From Pseudogymnoascus verrucosus (Eukaryota): 64,000 nt of DNA. Location: the NCBI GenBank assembly GCA_001662655.1, contig KV460228.1; one strand, written 5' to 3'. Shown in pieces: positions 37,877 through 49,535 of the stretch (positions within the stretch are counted from its first letter, which is position 1; every line of letters begins with the position of its first letter). Both the position numbers and the translations under genes were made by a program. Under the pieces are notes generated by a model. That model searched no databases. It had not been told where the DNA came from and saw nothing but the letters and a program-made list of their open reading frames with translations.

Positions 37877-40500
37877 GAGTAGGAGGGGGTGCTGGTTTGA
37901 AAGGCGGCGCGGATTTGAAGGAGAAAGGAGGGGGGTGATTGAGGCGCAGGCACGGCTACGGCTATTGAAAGACAGGTTTGAAGGGGCGCCGGATGGGGCG
38001 GCACATTGAAAGTGCAGTAGAGTTAGGCGCCGGTTGCTTCGATGTGGATAGACATACACATAAAAATTACAGTATACAATGACCCGATATCCAGGCATTG
38101 AACCGTTCTCGTGCTACTACCATCCATCATACCTGGCGACGCTGGGCGGGTGGACCACACGTAGGTTGGGCAAGGCTAACTCACTCACTAACTTCCGGGG
38201 AACACCAGCCCCTACCCGCACGCGCACGCACGCACCATCCCCTGTTCAGCTCGTCGCCGCCCATCGGCGCGTTAGTTGGACTTGCCCGCCGCCAGCTCAC
38301 CACCCTCTATCCCCGTGATTGATTCGCCAATCTCCCATCCCCTTATCAACACCGCTGTAAATCGAGGCGAGCGAATGGGTGGCGCAGCAGCGAACGTTGT
38401 GCTGTCGTTGGCTGTGTGGTGCTGTGCGAAGGTGGCAGCCTGATTGGGGAATCCGCTAGAAGGGGGGCTAGTCATGCAGAGAAGTATGCATGGAAGCCTT
38501 GGCGCGGGGGGGGGATCCTGCGGTTCGGAGGTGATGCTGTTTTTGGTGGTTGGCGGGTTCTTGGAGTGTTCTTTGGGGGGGGGAGGTGATGGGTAAGTAA
38601 TGGGTAGTTAATGGGTAGTTGATGGGTAGGTGACGCAGTGGTACGTGTTTGAGGTGCGAGGATTGACTGGTATGCCAGAGTAGCTTGAGGTGTGTACCCG
38701 GTTGTGTGATGCTGTGGTGCGCGGAGATGTGAGGACGCGGAGATGGGGACGAGTTGGAATGCGCGACGGGGAGGCTTCCGAGTCAAGCGTTGCGAGGACA
38801 CAGCAGCTAGTTAGTGTTAGTGATACGACGGATTCATGGTGCCAGGGCCTGTGAGGTGATGCAGTGAGCCGCCGCCCGCTGTAATCGAGGTGGTGATGGT
38901 GTGTGTTGTCATACCAGTGTAAGGGCAGCCAGCCACATTGTTGTACAACCTCATGCTGTCCATCCGTCGCACGCAATCCCATAGTCTCCGACGGATGATA
39001 CTCACACTCATACGTCCCCTGACGGCGCATAGATTCCATTCCGATTCCAGACTCCCCCATCTCATCAGCTGAATCATGGTCTGTTCACAGTCTCGCTGGC
39101 GTCCAATCGACCCCAGTTGGGTTGGCTCTCCTCATCTCTCCATCGCTCCTTCGGACTCCCTTTCCCTGCACAACATAGGCACATATACTGCAAGGCTGCG
39201 CTATTGGGGATAATCGTCTCCTCCTCTCCACCATTCTAATCTCTCCTTCCCCACCGCCCAGCCCATATCCATGACCCCTGCCTGGCCTGTTCTTGTTTGG
39301 TCCTCCACCTCACCTCATCTCACTCACTTCCAAGCACCCATCTCGTCTATTCACCTCACCGCCCCTCTCCATCTTGCACTCAATCACCCCAATGCATGCC
39401 AACCACCCTCCCCTACCATCCCATCACCCCCTTCTGATCTGCGCCGGTCCACTTATCAACCCCCCTGCCTCCGACCCTAGCATGCCCATCCCTGTTCCCA
39501 CGTTTTCACAGCGTCACATTGCATCTCGCGCCCCATCTCCACCCTACAAATCCCGCATTTCAATGCCCACATCACCATCAAACATCGCAGCTGACAATCT
39601 GCAGACTGGGATAGTAAGGAGATGCGGCTATACGAACAGGGTATTCCAATCCAGTGATCGAAGACGTGTGGGGGCTGGGGAACGCCAGCGGAGTAGTTGA
39701 TGTAATGTTTCGGAAACCATTAATTCTGTAGTGCAATAATCCGAGACTCTGTTGTAATCCCAACCCCAGCAACCGGCCGACGACGAATACCTCCCCGGTC
39801 CCTCAACAGCGCAGTACGACCACCCAGCCTTGCGTCCCTCGCAACAGAGCGGGTGGGGTGTGCCGGTTCCACAGCAGGAGACGGGCGATTGCATCGCACG
39901 AGCGCCGCCCCTTGGCCCAAGCAAGCTTCCGCAACGTTTATGTGGACGGGTTCTTGCTGACGGGTTGGTTTTTGGGGTGGCTGCGTGAAACAATGGGGAG
40001 GATGGGAGATGGTGGGACCAATGGGGTGCTGGGGGGGATTAGGGGATTGGGATTGTGCAGCTCTTCACTGGTCTGGACGCAGCGGAGGCGTGCGTCGATG
40101 TCGGTATATACCTTGTAAAGTGATATATTGTGGCGGTCATCACATCTACCGCCTAGTTCTTGGCGGGCTAGTCTGGGGTAGAACATCTGGCGTGCTGGGT
40201 AAGGTCTAGCTGGGCGTGGGGTGTGTTGGTGGTTGTGGTTGCTGGCTGATGTGTATAAAGGAGGGCAAGTGTTCCTCTGTTGACTGTAAGTTGTTGTTTA
40301 TTTCAATCACAAAACGTACTTTGGATTCTCATATGCATCGAGAGATTTCAGCTATTAGCCGCCAATTCAACAACGTGTCTGACCTGACAAGAACTATATC
40401 AGTGGATTATCACATTACCTGTGTGCTCACATCACACTCACCTCGATTCTCACAACACCACGGCGCCCAACCACTACTCCAGCACACCCCATCTCCCACA

Positions 40501-40846
40501 ATGCCTCACGCGACCTCCGACGAATGCCCCTCCTCCTCCACTTCCTCATCCTCAAGGTAAACCTCCACCTCCCATCTCTCACCAATCACCCACTCTAACA
40601 CTCCCCAGCAGCACCCCCTCACGAACACCCTCCCCTCCTCCCTCGCCACTCCACCTCATCGCCCCTCAAACCCCAGACTTCCCGACTCGCCTCGCCTTGC
40701 ACCTCACTACACCTTCCACACCGCGTCTCTTCAGTGCCGTCATGGCGGAGGAGAGGATGAGGTGTGTGATTGACGAGTTTGATCTCGTTATGGGGGACCA
40801 GGGGAGCAGTAACGGCTATGGGGGGACGGGGCGTGGAGCTTTGTGA
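40501..40846 (+). CDS. Candidate small two-exon hypothetical protein (40501-40556, 40609-40846), 97 aa
   Basis: A 52-nt intron (GTAAAC...CTAAC...CAG) joins MPHATSDECPSSSTSSSS in frame to the ORF ending at 40846. No recognisable domain. Confidence 0.4.
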
Positions 40847-41593
40847 GAATGTGTCGGGCTTATGATCAGGGTTGGGATAAAGGCGTTGGTTCTTTGTCTC
40901 GGTTTGGGGCTTGGTTATGGAGTTGGAGTTTGTGGAGGGTAGATGGGTATAGAAGGTTCGGTCTGGGTCATGTATTATGTACGTACGATATGATGGATGT
41001 GTTTGGGCTTGTCTTGGAAGGGCGCAACGTTTATAGATGGTACTGGGGCGCTATAGATTGGATGGGTGGGAGTTATAGAGGGGGTTCTATGATATATCCT
41101 GTATTTTTCTTCTTCGGCTACTCGTGGCAGTGATTTTATTGATTCATAACAGCGATTTAATCTGATAGGATTTATCTCTTTACTTCCATCTCTGAGTAAC
41201 CGGCTAATCAATTACAGCCGTAAGTTCCCAACAAGCATCCGATTCTTCGTATTTCCCAGGACATAATCACATTATCAAACTTCCTCTACGCCTTCGCGCC
41301 ACCATCGAACAGCCCAAACTCATCCTTCGCCATCCCCGGCGCAACACCCACCAGGAAACCAGCGACCTGTACACTGCCAATGGCATCACCACACACCATG
41401 ACTTCAGCCATTTCGCCCTCATCGAATCCCATACGCGCGCCCAAACGTCCCCTCCGATTCCGTGGCATATGTGCGACAAAACTTCCCCTCCTCCTTCCGC
41501 ATTTCCCCTCCCCTCACACCAACAAAAAAAACCCCCAATCAACACCCCCTTCCCATCGCAAACAGAAACAGCAAAAAGTATAAAAATACAACT

Positions 41594-41667
41594 TGGTCAC
41601 TACGAGGGTCGAACTCGCGACCTTGGCGTTATTAGCACCACGCTCTAACCAACTGAGCTAAGCGACC
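41594..41667 (-). tRNA. tRNA-Ile (anticodon AAT), intronless
   Basis: Reverse complement GGTCGCTTAGCTCAGTTGGTTAGAGCGTGGTGCTAATAACGCCAAGGTCGCGAGTTCGACCCTCGTAGTGACCA folds as a cloverleaf with A and B boxes. T-runs (Pol III terminator) follow. Confidence 0.97.
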
Positions 41668-42154
41668 GTGTTTGGTTATTTGATGTACGGAGGAGGTGAA
41701 AACTGGGATTTGTACCCCCTCGCACCCCGTATTGTTGTGTTTCGGTGTTATCGGCCCTGCGGGAGAGGATTAGCACGATTTGACGACTGGGTTTTGGAGG
41801 ATATGACGTCTTTGATCTCGTTGATGGAAGGAAGGGAGGTCGGGGGCACGGTGAGGTGGGGGAGAGCTGTGGCTAGAGCGAGGATGGGGTGTCGCGATGT
41901 GCTATGGAGACTTATGGGGGTCTATGCTGGGAGTGGTGATATGGATCAGGGTGCTCGTAAGGCAGAGTAAGTCAGAGATGTGCATAATGGAAGTAGATTC
42001 TGTCTGTTAAATAAGGGGCTGCATATAAGCATAGCATTAGCGTATCTCTATTACTACACCTATATGCAACCCCTTACATCCTGTGCTATCTGCCCATACA
42101 AAGTATCGCCCGCTCATACAACCCCATCCTATCCTACATATCCCCATATCCCTC

Positions 42155-42841
42155 CTAAACAAGCACAATAACCCCAACCACAGCACCCACAACAGCCATC
42201 ACCGATCCCCTCACAACCGCACCCGCACCCGTACCATCCGTTGTCTTCGGTGCCGAAGTCGAGCTCGAAGTAACCGTCCCATTGGCCGCACCAGTCTGCG
42301 CACCAGTCTGTCCTCCAGTCGTCTGTCCACCCGACGGCAACACAGCCGGCAAAGTCGTCTCCGGGCTGCTGCTCGCAGCCTTCGTCGACTCAACCGCGCT
42401 GCTCCCCTCCTGACCTCCCTCCACCGACGACGGCGCAGCAACCGCCGTACTCTCCTTCGTCGCCGGTGTCTCAACCGCCTGCGAAACCACAGTAGTAGCC
42501 TGCACCTCCACCGGCGCGGTCGTCTTCACTGGCGCCGCCTCCTCAGTTGTCTTCTGCTCCGCCACCGTCGCTGGGCCAGGCGCGCCGGTGAACCCGCTGC
42601 TCCAGCACGAGAGGTATGATGCCGGGCCCAAGGGGATGGTGCCGCAGCCGGGGACGTTGGTCTTGGGGGGTGCGCGGCCGCCGCCGCAGTCGACGGGGTC
42701 GCAGATCTCGCCGGTGAGGGGGTCGTACCAGTGCGTGATCATGTCTTCGCAGTGGCCGAAGGTGTGGATGCCGCAGACGGCGTGGATGGGGGTGGTGAGG
42801 AGGAGGAGGGTGGCGGTGGTGAGGAGGAGGGAGTTGAACAT
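42155..42841 (-). CDS. Secreted, probably GPI-anchored cell-surface protein with a small Cys-rich N-terminal domain, 228 aa
   Basis: Signal peptide MFNSLLLTTATLLLLTTPIHA; Cys domain WYDPLTGEICDPVDCGGGRAPPKTNVPGC; Ser/Thr/Ala-rich stalk; hydrophobic C-terminal tail. Confidence 0.88.
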   Translation of the reverse strand: MFNSLLLTTATLLLLTTPIHAVCGIHTFGHCEDMITHWYDPLTGEICDPVDCGGGRAPPKTNVPGCGTIPLGPASYLSCWSSGFTGAPGPATVAEQKTTEEAAPVKTTAPVEVQATTVVSQAVETPATKESTAVAAPSSVEGGQEGSSAVESTKAASSSPETTLPAVLPSGGQTTGGQTGAQTGAANGTVTSSSTSAPKTTDGTGAGAVVRGSVMAVVGAVVGVIVLV

Positions 42842-43984
42842 CTTGGCTTGTTTGTTGGGGTGGTGGTTGTAGTGGTGAGTGAATGAGCGATTGACTGAGT
42901 AAGTGTGAAGTGTAACGACTGTAGACTGTAACTGAGTAACGACTGTGATGAAGCAGACAGAACGAAGAAAACGAGGTTGAGTAAACAAGAGGGATGGAAG
43001 AAGCGGCACAGCCAAAACTTTAACCAAAAACCTACATTCCCTTCTTTCCCTAACCGAGCGACTCAGCACGGCAAGCGGCGCCACCAAACTGGAATACGAG
43101 GCAAATTGCTACATGCCATTTCGGGAAATTCTGAATCACATTGGGGCTTCTGCCTTGCTTGTTTTTGTTGGTGCTCCAGTTGTGACGGGGAGCCGAGACT
43201 CTTGACAGGTTTATGCGGGCGCCCCTTGCTTCGTTTAAGATTTGATCGGCGGAGGGGAGGGCACGGCGACCGGATAGAGCAATTTTTACGGAGGGAGATC
43301 GACGTTGGATGTTGGATGTTGGATGATCGGTTACATATGAGATACGATATTATTTAGTTTAGTTTACAGTGCATTAGGATTACAATTAATGGGAAGAATG
43401 GGAAGAATTGATATGTGAGGTCCCTTTACAAGACACGGCAATGCAAGATAAATTGAAGCTAAAAATAGGGTTTGCTTGGCCGTCTTGGCCCTGAGCAAGG
43501 GGCCCAGGCCTTCGCTCTCACCCACAGGGTCTCAGACTAAATATCGCCGAAGTACCACTAGCGATTTTTAGTCTTCATTTCCTCAGTGTTACCAAGGAGG
43601 TTTACACACGCATATCTAAGGAATAATAAAGACTTTCGGCGCCCGAATTTCCTCTGCCCTGGCTATCATGACCTTTGTATCATCACCGCGGTTTGATAGA
43701 TTCACAAGATATACCCATAGAAGACGTGTAGGGAAGACTAAGATACATAAATAGATGCACAAGCCATATTCACGGGAGAAGGTGTGGGGCGAATTCATGG
43801 AACCGAGATGCCGTAGATGTATAAGACGGTGCGCGGATGTATAAGACGGTCCGCGGGAGATGCGTGAGGCAAATGCCTCATATGTACAGTGCAGTTGTCC
43901 TGCTTCTCTTCAAATCGCAGGCAGCACCAGTACATGACAACTCACAAAACCAATCTCTTAAAATGCGTCTCCCATATCTACACC

Positions 43985-46320
43985 TCAAGCAACCTCCTCA
44001 TCCTTCATCCTCGGCACAAAAACAACCTCCTGCGTCAGCAGCGGACCTGTCCCCTTCATCGGGATCGCTCTCTCGAACACGCCGCCCCTCACAATCCGCA
44101 CCGCGAGACTCACCATCTTCCTCGCAAAGTCGTCGTCCTTGTCGTCTCCAGGGATGAGGGCAGGGTGCATGCGGTTCACGCGGCGCCTTGCAGCAGACTG
44201 TATGGGGTATTCTGTCGGCCAAGTGGTGAGGGTACGAGTTGTTATGGGTGACATTGCGGCCGTAGTTTTGGGGTCTAGGTCGAAAGAAGGGGTTGTGCTG
44301 TGGAATCTGCGGGGGGTTATGAGTTAGAGGTGGAGGGAGTGAATAGCAAGACACATCTTGCTCAGCAGACAGAGATAGAGGTACTTACTGGAGTACATCC
44401 TCAAGCCATACGTCCAGCCCATCACTCAGATCGTTGTTCTCGGAGTGATGGACCATCAATGTACACCACGTCCAAACACATAGCATCGCGACCCCCCAGC
44501 CATTACCCCGCAGGTTGCCAAAGCTGTAATTCATCGCCGACAAATCCTTCGCGCTCATATGCTCACTCATGTCAGCATCATGAGAGATGCACAGATAGTC
44601 TTTAACCGCATCTTCTGACAACATCGCTCGTGCTACCGCGTTCCAGACAGTGGGGTGGTTGGCTTCTAGGTAGAAGAATGCCGAGCGCACGTCGATGATG
44701 GGAGATTGGGGCCATTCTGCTATGGTGTAGTCCTCAGTGTCGTGTTTGATCTTGAGAGTCTCTAGGTATTCATGTAGCACCTCTATAGCACCGTCCAAGG
44801 TCGCCAGCTGCCCTGATCGATACTGCTGCGCGACGGCTTCGAACTGAGTAGCTGGCTCACTATTTATGTCAGTCAGTGATCATGATTCTACGAACATCGG
44901 AAAAAGTATACCCTAAATCGCTATCTCCGTAACAAATCTTCTCCTTTGCACTCCGCAGCTGTGCGAGAAGGATAGAGAGCGCACAGAGCGCATTCCTCCC
45001 CATAAAGTTATACAGAGACGTCTCCAGATTCGACTCAACGCTGTACTCGGGGTTCTCTTCGAGGAACTCCTCTTCCCGCTCATTCGCCACCAGGACGGCG
45101 AGTGTATCGATCAGTCCCTCTTCAAAGACGCGGAACTCCTCCACCCTGTTATCCCCTTCCCTAGCGGGGTATGGTCGACTCCTAACGTGGAAAATCCATT
45201 TCTCACTCCCCCCTCCCGACGCCTTATACCCATGCCTCTGAGCCCCCCAAATCCTCCTCTTCTCCTCACTAGGACACTTAAGCTCAATAGCCACATCATC
45301 ATTCCCCGGTATACAAAACCCATATCCCATCAACAACTCCGTATTCCCCTTCGGTGCATAATTATTAAACACCTGCTCCCCCCTCTCTATCGCCTTATCC
45401 GTAATAATACTGAAATCCTTGACCGGGCCCTGTGCATTAACAAACCACTCTACCCGCGCTTTGGCGTCATGATTCGCAATATCGAGTAGCGGGAAGAGGA
45501 CCGGGTAGGGGCCTTCCTCTGCGATCTTCTCGCGCCAGCTCGGATACCCCTCTACCGGCTGGTCCAGAACGTCGCCGTACACCTCATCCGGGATCAACTT
45601 CGAGACAAAGCTGCGACTGCTAAATATAGTCGACGCCCACTTATACAACTCCCACGTCCACCTCCCCGTCCCTTCCCCCGCCCCCTCACTCCCATCTAAA
45701 ATCTTCTTCCCCCCCTCAAACTCCCCCCTCCACATTCCCTCCCTCTGCGCAATAGCAGCCGGTAAATTCGTCCCCCCCAACCACCGCCTCGCCTCCTCAG
45801 GATAATAAAGCGGCGTAGCAAGCTTCAGCGGCTCATTCGGCTGCGGTAGCGAGCGGATATATGGCGCCCAATCTGAAGAGCTGCCAAGGAGGTATTGTTG
45901 GATGAGGAAGAAGCAGCCTATCACTTTTGGCTGTTGGGTGGTAAGGAAGCTAGCCGGGAAGGGCGTGGAGTGGGAGGGGAGAGCGGGGAAGGCGGAGAGG
46001 GCGTTGAGGTAGGAGAGGGAGATGGGGAAGGGGCAGGAGACGATGCGGGAGTTGGGGGGGAGGGAAGTGGAGGGGGGGTTTGAGGTTGTGGACTGCGGGG
46101 TAGCGGTTTCTTCTTTCCCGCTTCCTTCGGCGGGGGGTGGGGGGTTTTGCTGTGGGAGAGGCTTGACTCGGAGGGATATGCCGAATTCGGGTGAGTGGTA
46201 GACTTCGACGTCGTCGTTGAGGTAGGCGCCGTGGGATTTGGCCCATCTGACGAGGTCGTCGACGGGGTTGGAACCCGCGGGTTCGACCCCGCCAGCCTTT
46301 TGGGAGTCCTTTCCACTCAT
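43985..46320 (-). CDS. SET-domain protein lysine methyltransferase (Rubisco-LSMT/Rkm-like), 3 exons
   Basis: Motifs WAKSHGAYL, WAPYIRSLP, WASTIFSSRSF, LFPLLDIANH and QVFNNYAPKGNTELLMGYGF. GT-AG introns join ORFs 44869-46350, 44385-44798 and 43985-44254 in frame. Confidence 0.88.
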
Positions 46321-46786
46321 GGCCCTATTGATATAAGACCCAAATGCCAATATATATTATCATAAAATATTGTGTTGTTTTCACGTGTCGTCACTGTACT
46401 ATTTGCTAGCGAAAATTAAAGGTGATAGTCACGTGTGCTATATATTAAAAGTGTAGATAATAAATTTCAGGTGAAATAATTCGTATACATCTTTTACCTA
46501 GAAAGCGCGGTAGGCAGGGGTAGCTTCACCTAATCAGCAGCCTGCAATTTTCCTCTTTTACTAAAAGAGGTGCCCTACATAAGTAGTAGGGTCTTCTATT
46601 TTAATTACATGGTTGTAGTATACAAATTATAAGCTATAGATATGTTAAGGCTATGGATAGGGATATAATACAAAGTGGCGATGAGCGCTAGCAGCGAACG
46701 TCATTTACTTCTGCGAACGCTCTTTGCTTACCTAGGCCCTATGTATAGGGTCGGTTCCGACGATTATGAGAGTGGTAATATGTCAA

Positions 46787-48032
46787 TTATGTAACAGATA
46801 TCGTAGTATTAACACGGATATTTGGTTCCTTAGTACTTTCTAACTCCTAGACCCGCATTGCCAGTAAGCAAGAGCGCATCATAGGACATCACTAAATGGC
46901 ATGACAGGGGAGGGACTCACGATCATCATCTCTTCATCACTATCAGGGGCATACCTACTTTTTCCAGCCCAAACATGGTTCTGGAGATTATGGCCACTTT
47001 GGTAGTTACCAGAGTCCAAGCCACGGTCCTTCCTTGAGACATTGCTTCTAATGCCTCCTATAGATTTCGATCCCGATCCCGAGTATGAGTCAGGGAGGTA
47101 TTGTGCTCCGGCTGCCCCTCTCCTTCCTTCGACATTTAATAGTCCATATATAGTTGGTGCATTGGCAACAAATGCTGCGAAAAATATCTCGATATTTGCA
47201 ACATTGTGTGATTGGCCAGAACGATGAAACAAAACAACATTCATCAGGAGACGTGCCATAGTCACACCGAGGATTGTAAGACCGACGAGGAATAACGCGA
47301 GGAGCCGGAGGCGTTCCATGAAAGGTCGTTGAATCTTTATGAGGTGTGGAAGAGGAAGTGCAATGAGCATGGCATCAGTGACCATGCTTAGGGCTGAGAA
47401 GACTTCAAGTTGGATGATTCCCTTCGAACAAGTTCCTGGTCCCTGGTTATTTCAACGCTTGGGAGAAAACGGGTAGGGTGAGTACCTGGATCTGGAACTA
47501 CCTGCCAGTAACGTTTAAAGGGGTGACATTCGGTGAATGTCACGATGAGAGCGGCGACGAACGTCACTGCTAGAGTTATCCAGTAGAACTTGGTGATCCA
47601 TTTGGGTCCGACGCCCTTGAGTAGGCGCTGGAGTATGCACATGACGACGCCTTTCTGGAGCCAGGAGCTGAGAGAGAACTTTGTCAGCACGTAGCCCGCC
47701 CTAATAGATCCTTTGTAGCCTCACTAGACAGTATAGAATACCCGATTTACGATCGTCAGCCGCGATCCAATCTCGCGCCGATAGATGACTTCAGGAGTGA
47801 ATGCCATCGTCTTCCTGACCGCCTTGCTGATATTGTTTGTTCCCCAGAGTAAAGCTACATTAATGACGGCCCCTCGTAGTAAAATTGAGACAATGGCTGC
47901 AATGGTGATGTAGTCACCAAGTGAAGAGCGTTGACTTCTGTACTGCTTCAAACCAAGTCGAAGCAGCATCATCGCTACAGCAAGCCCGGTAAGGATCCAT
48001 AGAACGAGAATTTCCGCGGCGGATTCTTCCAT
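46787..48032 (-). CDS. PTH11-like (rhodopsin-domain) integral membrane protein without a CFEM domain, 4 exons
   Basis: Multiple TM segments; motifs SWLQK, ECHPFKRYWQVVPDPGTC, VTDAMLIALPLP and IEIFFAAFVANAP. Canonical introns restore the frame. Confidence 0.85.
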
Positions 48033-49050
48033 AGTTACAGATGTCGCGTGCTAGATACACGGATATCGACTGCGACCGGAATCGAAGGGTTTGAGTTGTG
48101 GACGCGAGCGCGATAGTAATACTTTATGTTGCCAGAACAAGCGTAAATCGCGATCCTTCCTGACCTCCTCATCCCAAGCACTCACAATTCTACCTATGCA
48201 GCTTAATACTTATAATTAATACATTTCCTTATCTGCGGGGGAAAGTAAACTGCCCCTGGAGCTGCAGGTCTACATTATGGTGTCCTCGCGTTGCAGAAGC
48301 GGCTGGCATGGCGTTGCTTTCCCCTTCCCACGTTTCACGGGACAGGACAGGCAGTCGGTTGGGTTTGCCAGGATGAATTCGTGTGATGCTAAGCAGTGGC
48401 CGATCCCATTGGCTATGATTACATACATAGGACCTTACGGCTAGACCTCTACATAGACGATCATGCCTGTTGTAGAAACGCCCGCGATCAGACCCATTAG
48501 TCGATCAATTTGCGATCCTTTAAATATTACATGCTAATTGCCCAACCTGACTCCTTGACTTCACGCAGGTGTGAACATGGCCACAGTGGTTACGTTGCCG
48601 ACAATGGAAGAAGGCTTGGGGTATTTAGGGCAACTATACACGTGGGCTTAGGAAATACCTGCAAACTAAAAAGCTTAGCAATCGTATGAGGATGCTTGTT
48701 ATCCAGCTCCTACTTTGTGCAAAGTATAGTCGTGCGGCCGAGAATAGACGACCGAGTCGACGCTATTTGCTCCTTCGTGGTTCACGGACAAGTGCTCTTC
48801 CCGCACTTCCCGCACTTCCCGCCTAGTCGCGGCCTTACCGTCCGGATCCAAAAGTTTCCGTAGTCGTCACTTGCACGATCCTACCATGGGGTGTTGCTTT
48901 CACTTCCCTGATCTCCGCGGCAGGCGGCCCCTGGGTCTGTGCTTTTCCCGTACAAAAAGACGCTCGCTCACAGCAATTTCAACACAGACCCATGCAGAAA
49001 CATGGAAACGTTTGGCGCCATACTGTAGTTAGCCTCCCATCCCTGCATAC

Positions 49051-49092
49051 GGCTTGAAAAGGCTTAAAAAGGCTTAAAAAGGCTTAAATAGG
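49051..49092. repeat. 10-bp tandem repeat (GGCTTAAAAA) x4
   Basis: ggcttgaaaa ggcttaaaaa ggcttaaaaa ggcttaaata gg. Confidence 0.9.
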
Positions 49093-49226
49093 TCAATTTG
49101 TACTCATACTTCCTATCTTCCTACCTGGTATCTTTGCGGTTATTGGGTAGAGAGAGGGATTGAGGACATTCTGAGCTATTATGCCCCATAAACCACACGG
49201 CTGGTAGAAGTACAGTTCATGAAGAG

Positions 49227-49334
49227 TTGACAGTTAACAGGTTCTCTACAAAGGGGTCCTTCGCTTACGACTGACGGTTGAGTGCATAGAGAGAACCTGT
49301 CAACTGTCAAGTCATAAGCGAAGGACCCCTTTGT
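49227..49334. repeat. Nested inverted repeat (~34-bp arms), possible miniature element
   Basis: ACAAAGGGGTCCTTCGCTTACGACTGACGGTTGA (49248-49281) pairs with 49300-49334, and TTGACAGTTAACAGGTTCTCT (49227-49247) pairs with 49290-49310. Confidence 0.85.
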
Positions 49335-49535
49335 TGTCGGAATCAGGGTCGCGTGCCCACCTACCTATAAGAGTCCGTTTCATTGACAAGGCGATCTTGT
49401 GCGTTCCGTTTTCTTTCTTCATGCGCAAGTGCAGTCCGCACCGGATTTCAGCTCCCAATACCGTGACTCTAGATCACGCCCTCGCTGTGACGCTCCCATT
49501 TCCCTCGTCGGCGTGACCACAGACAGAATATCAAG

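Noticed and set aside
28180..38098. Many antisense and alternate-frame ORFs within VPS13 (also within urease, the hydrolase and the large hypothetical gene)
   Set aside because: Expected shadows of codon bias in long GC-rich coding sequences.
41594..41667. tRNA as an integration site for an island
   Set aside because: No duplicated tRNA fragment, integrase or recombinase is visible nearby.
43816..43856. 20-bp tandem duplication GATGTATAAGACGGT(G/C)CGCG x2 as a CRISPR-like or mobile-element end
   Set aside because: Only two adjacent copies with no spacers, in a eukaryotic 3' flank; consistent with simple slippage.
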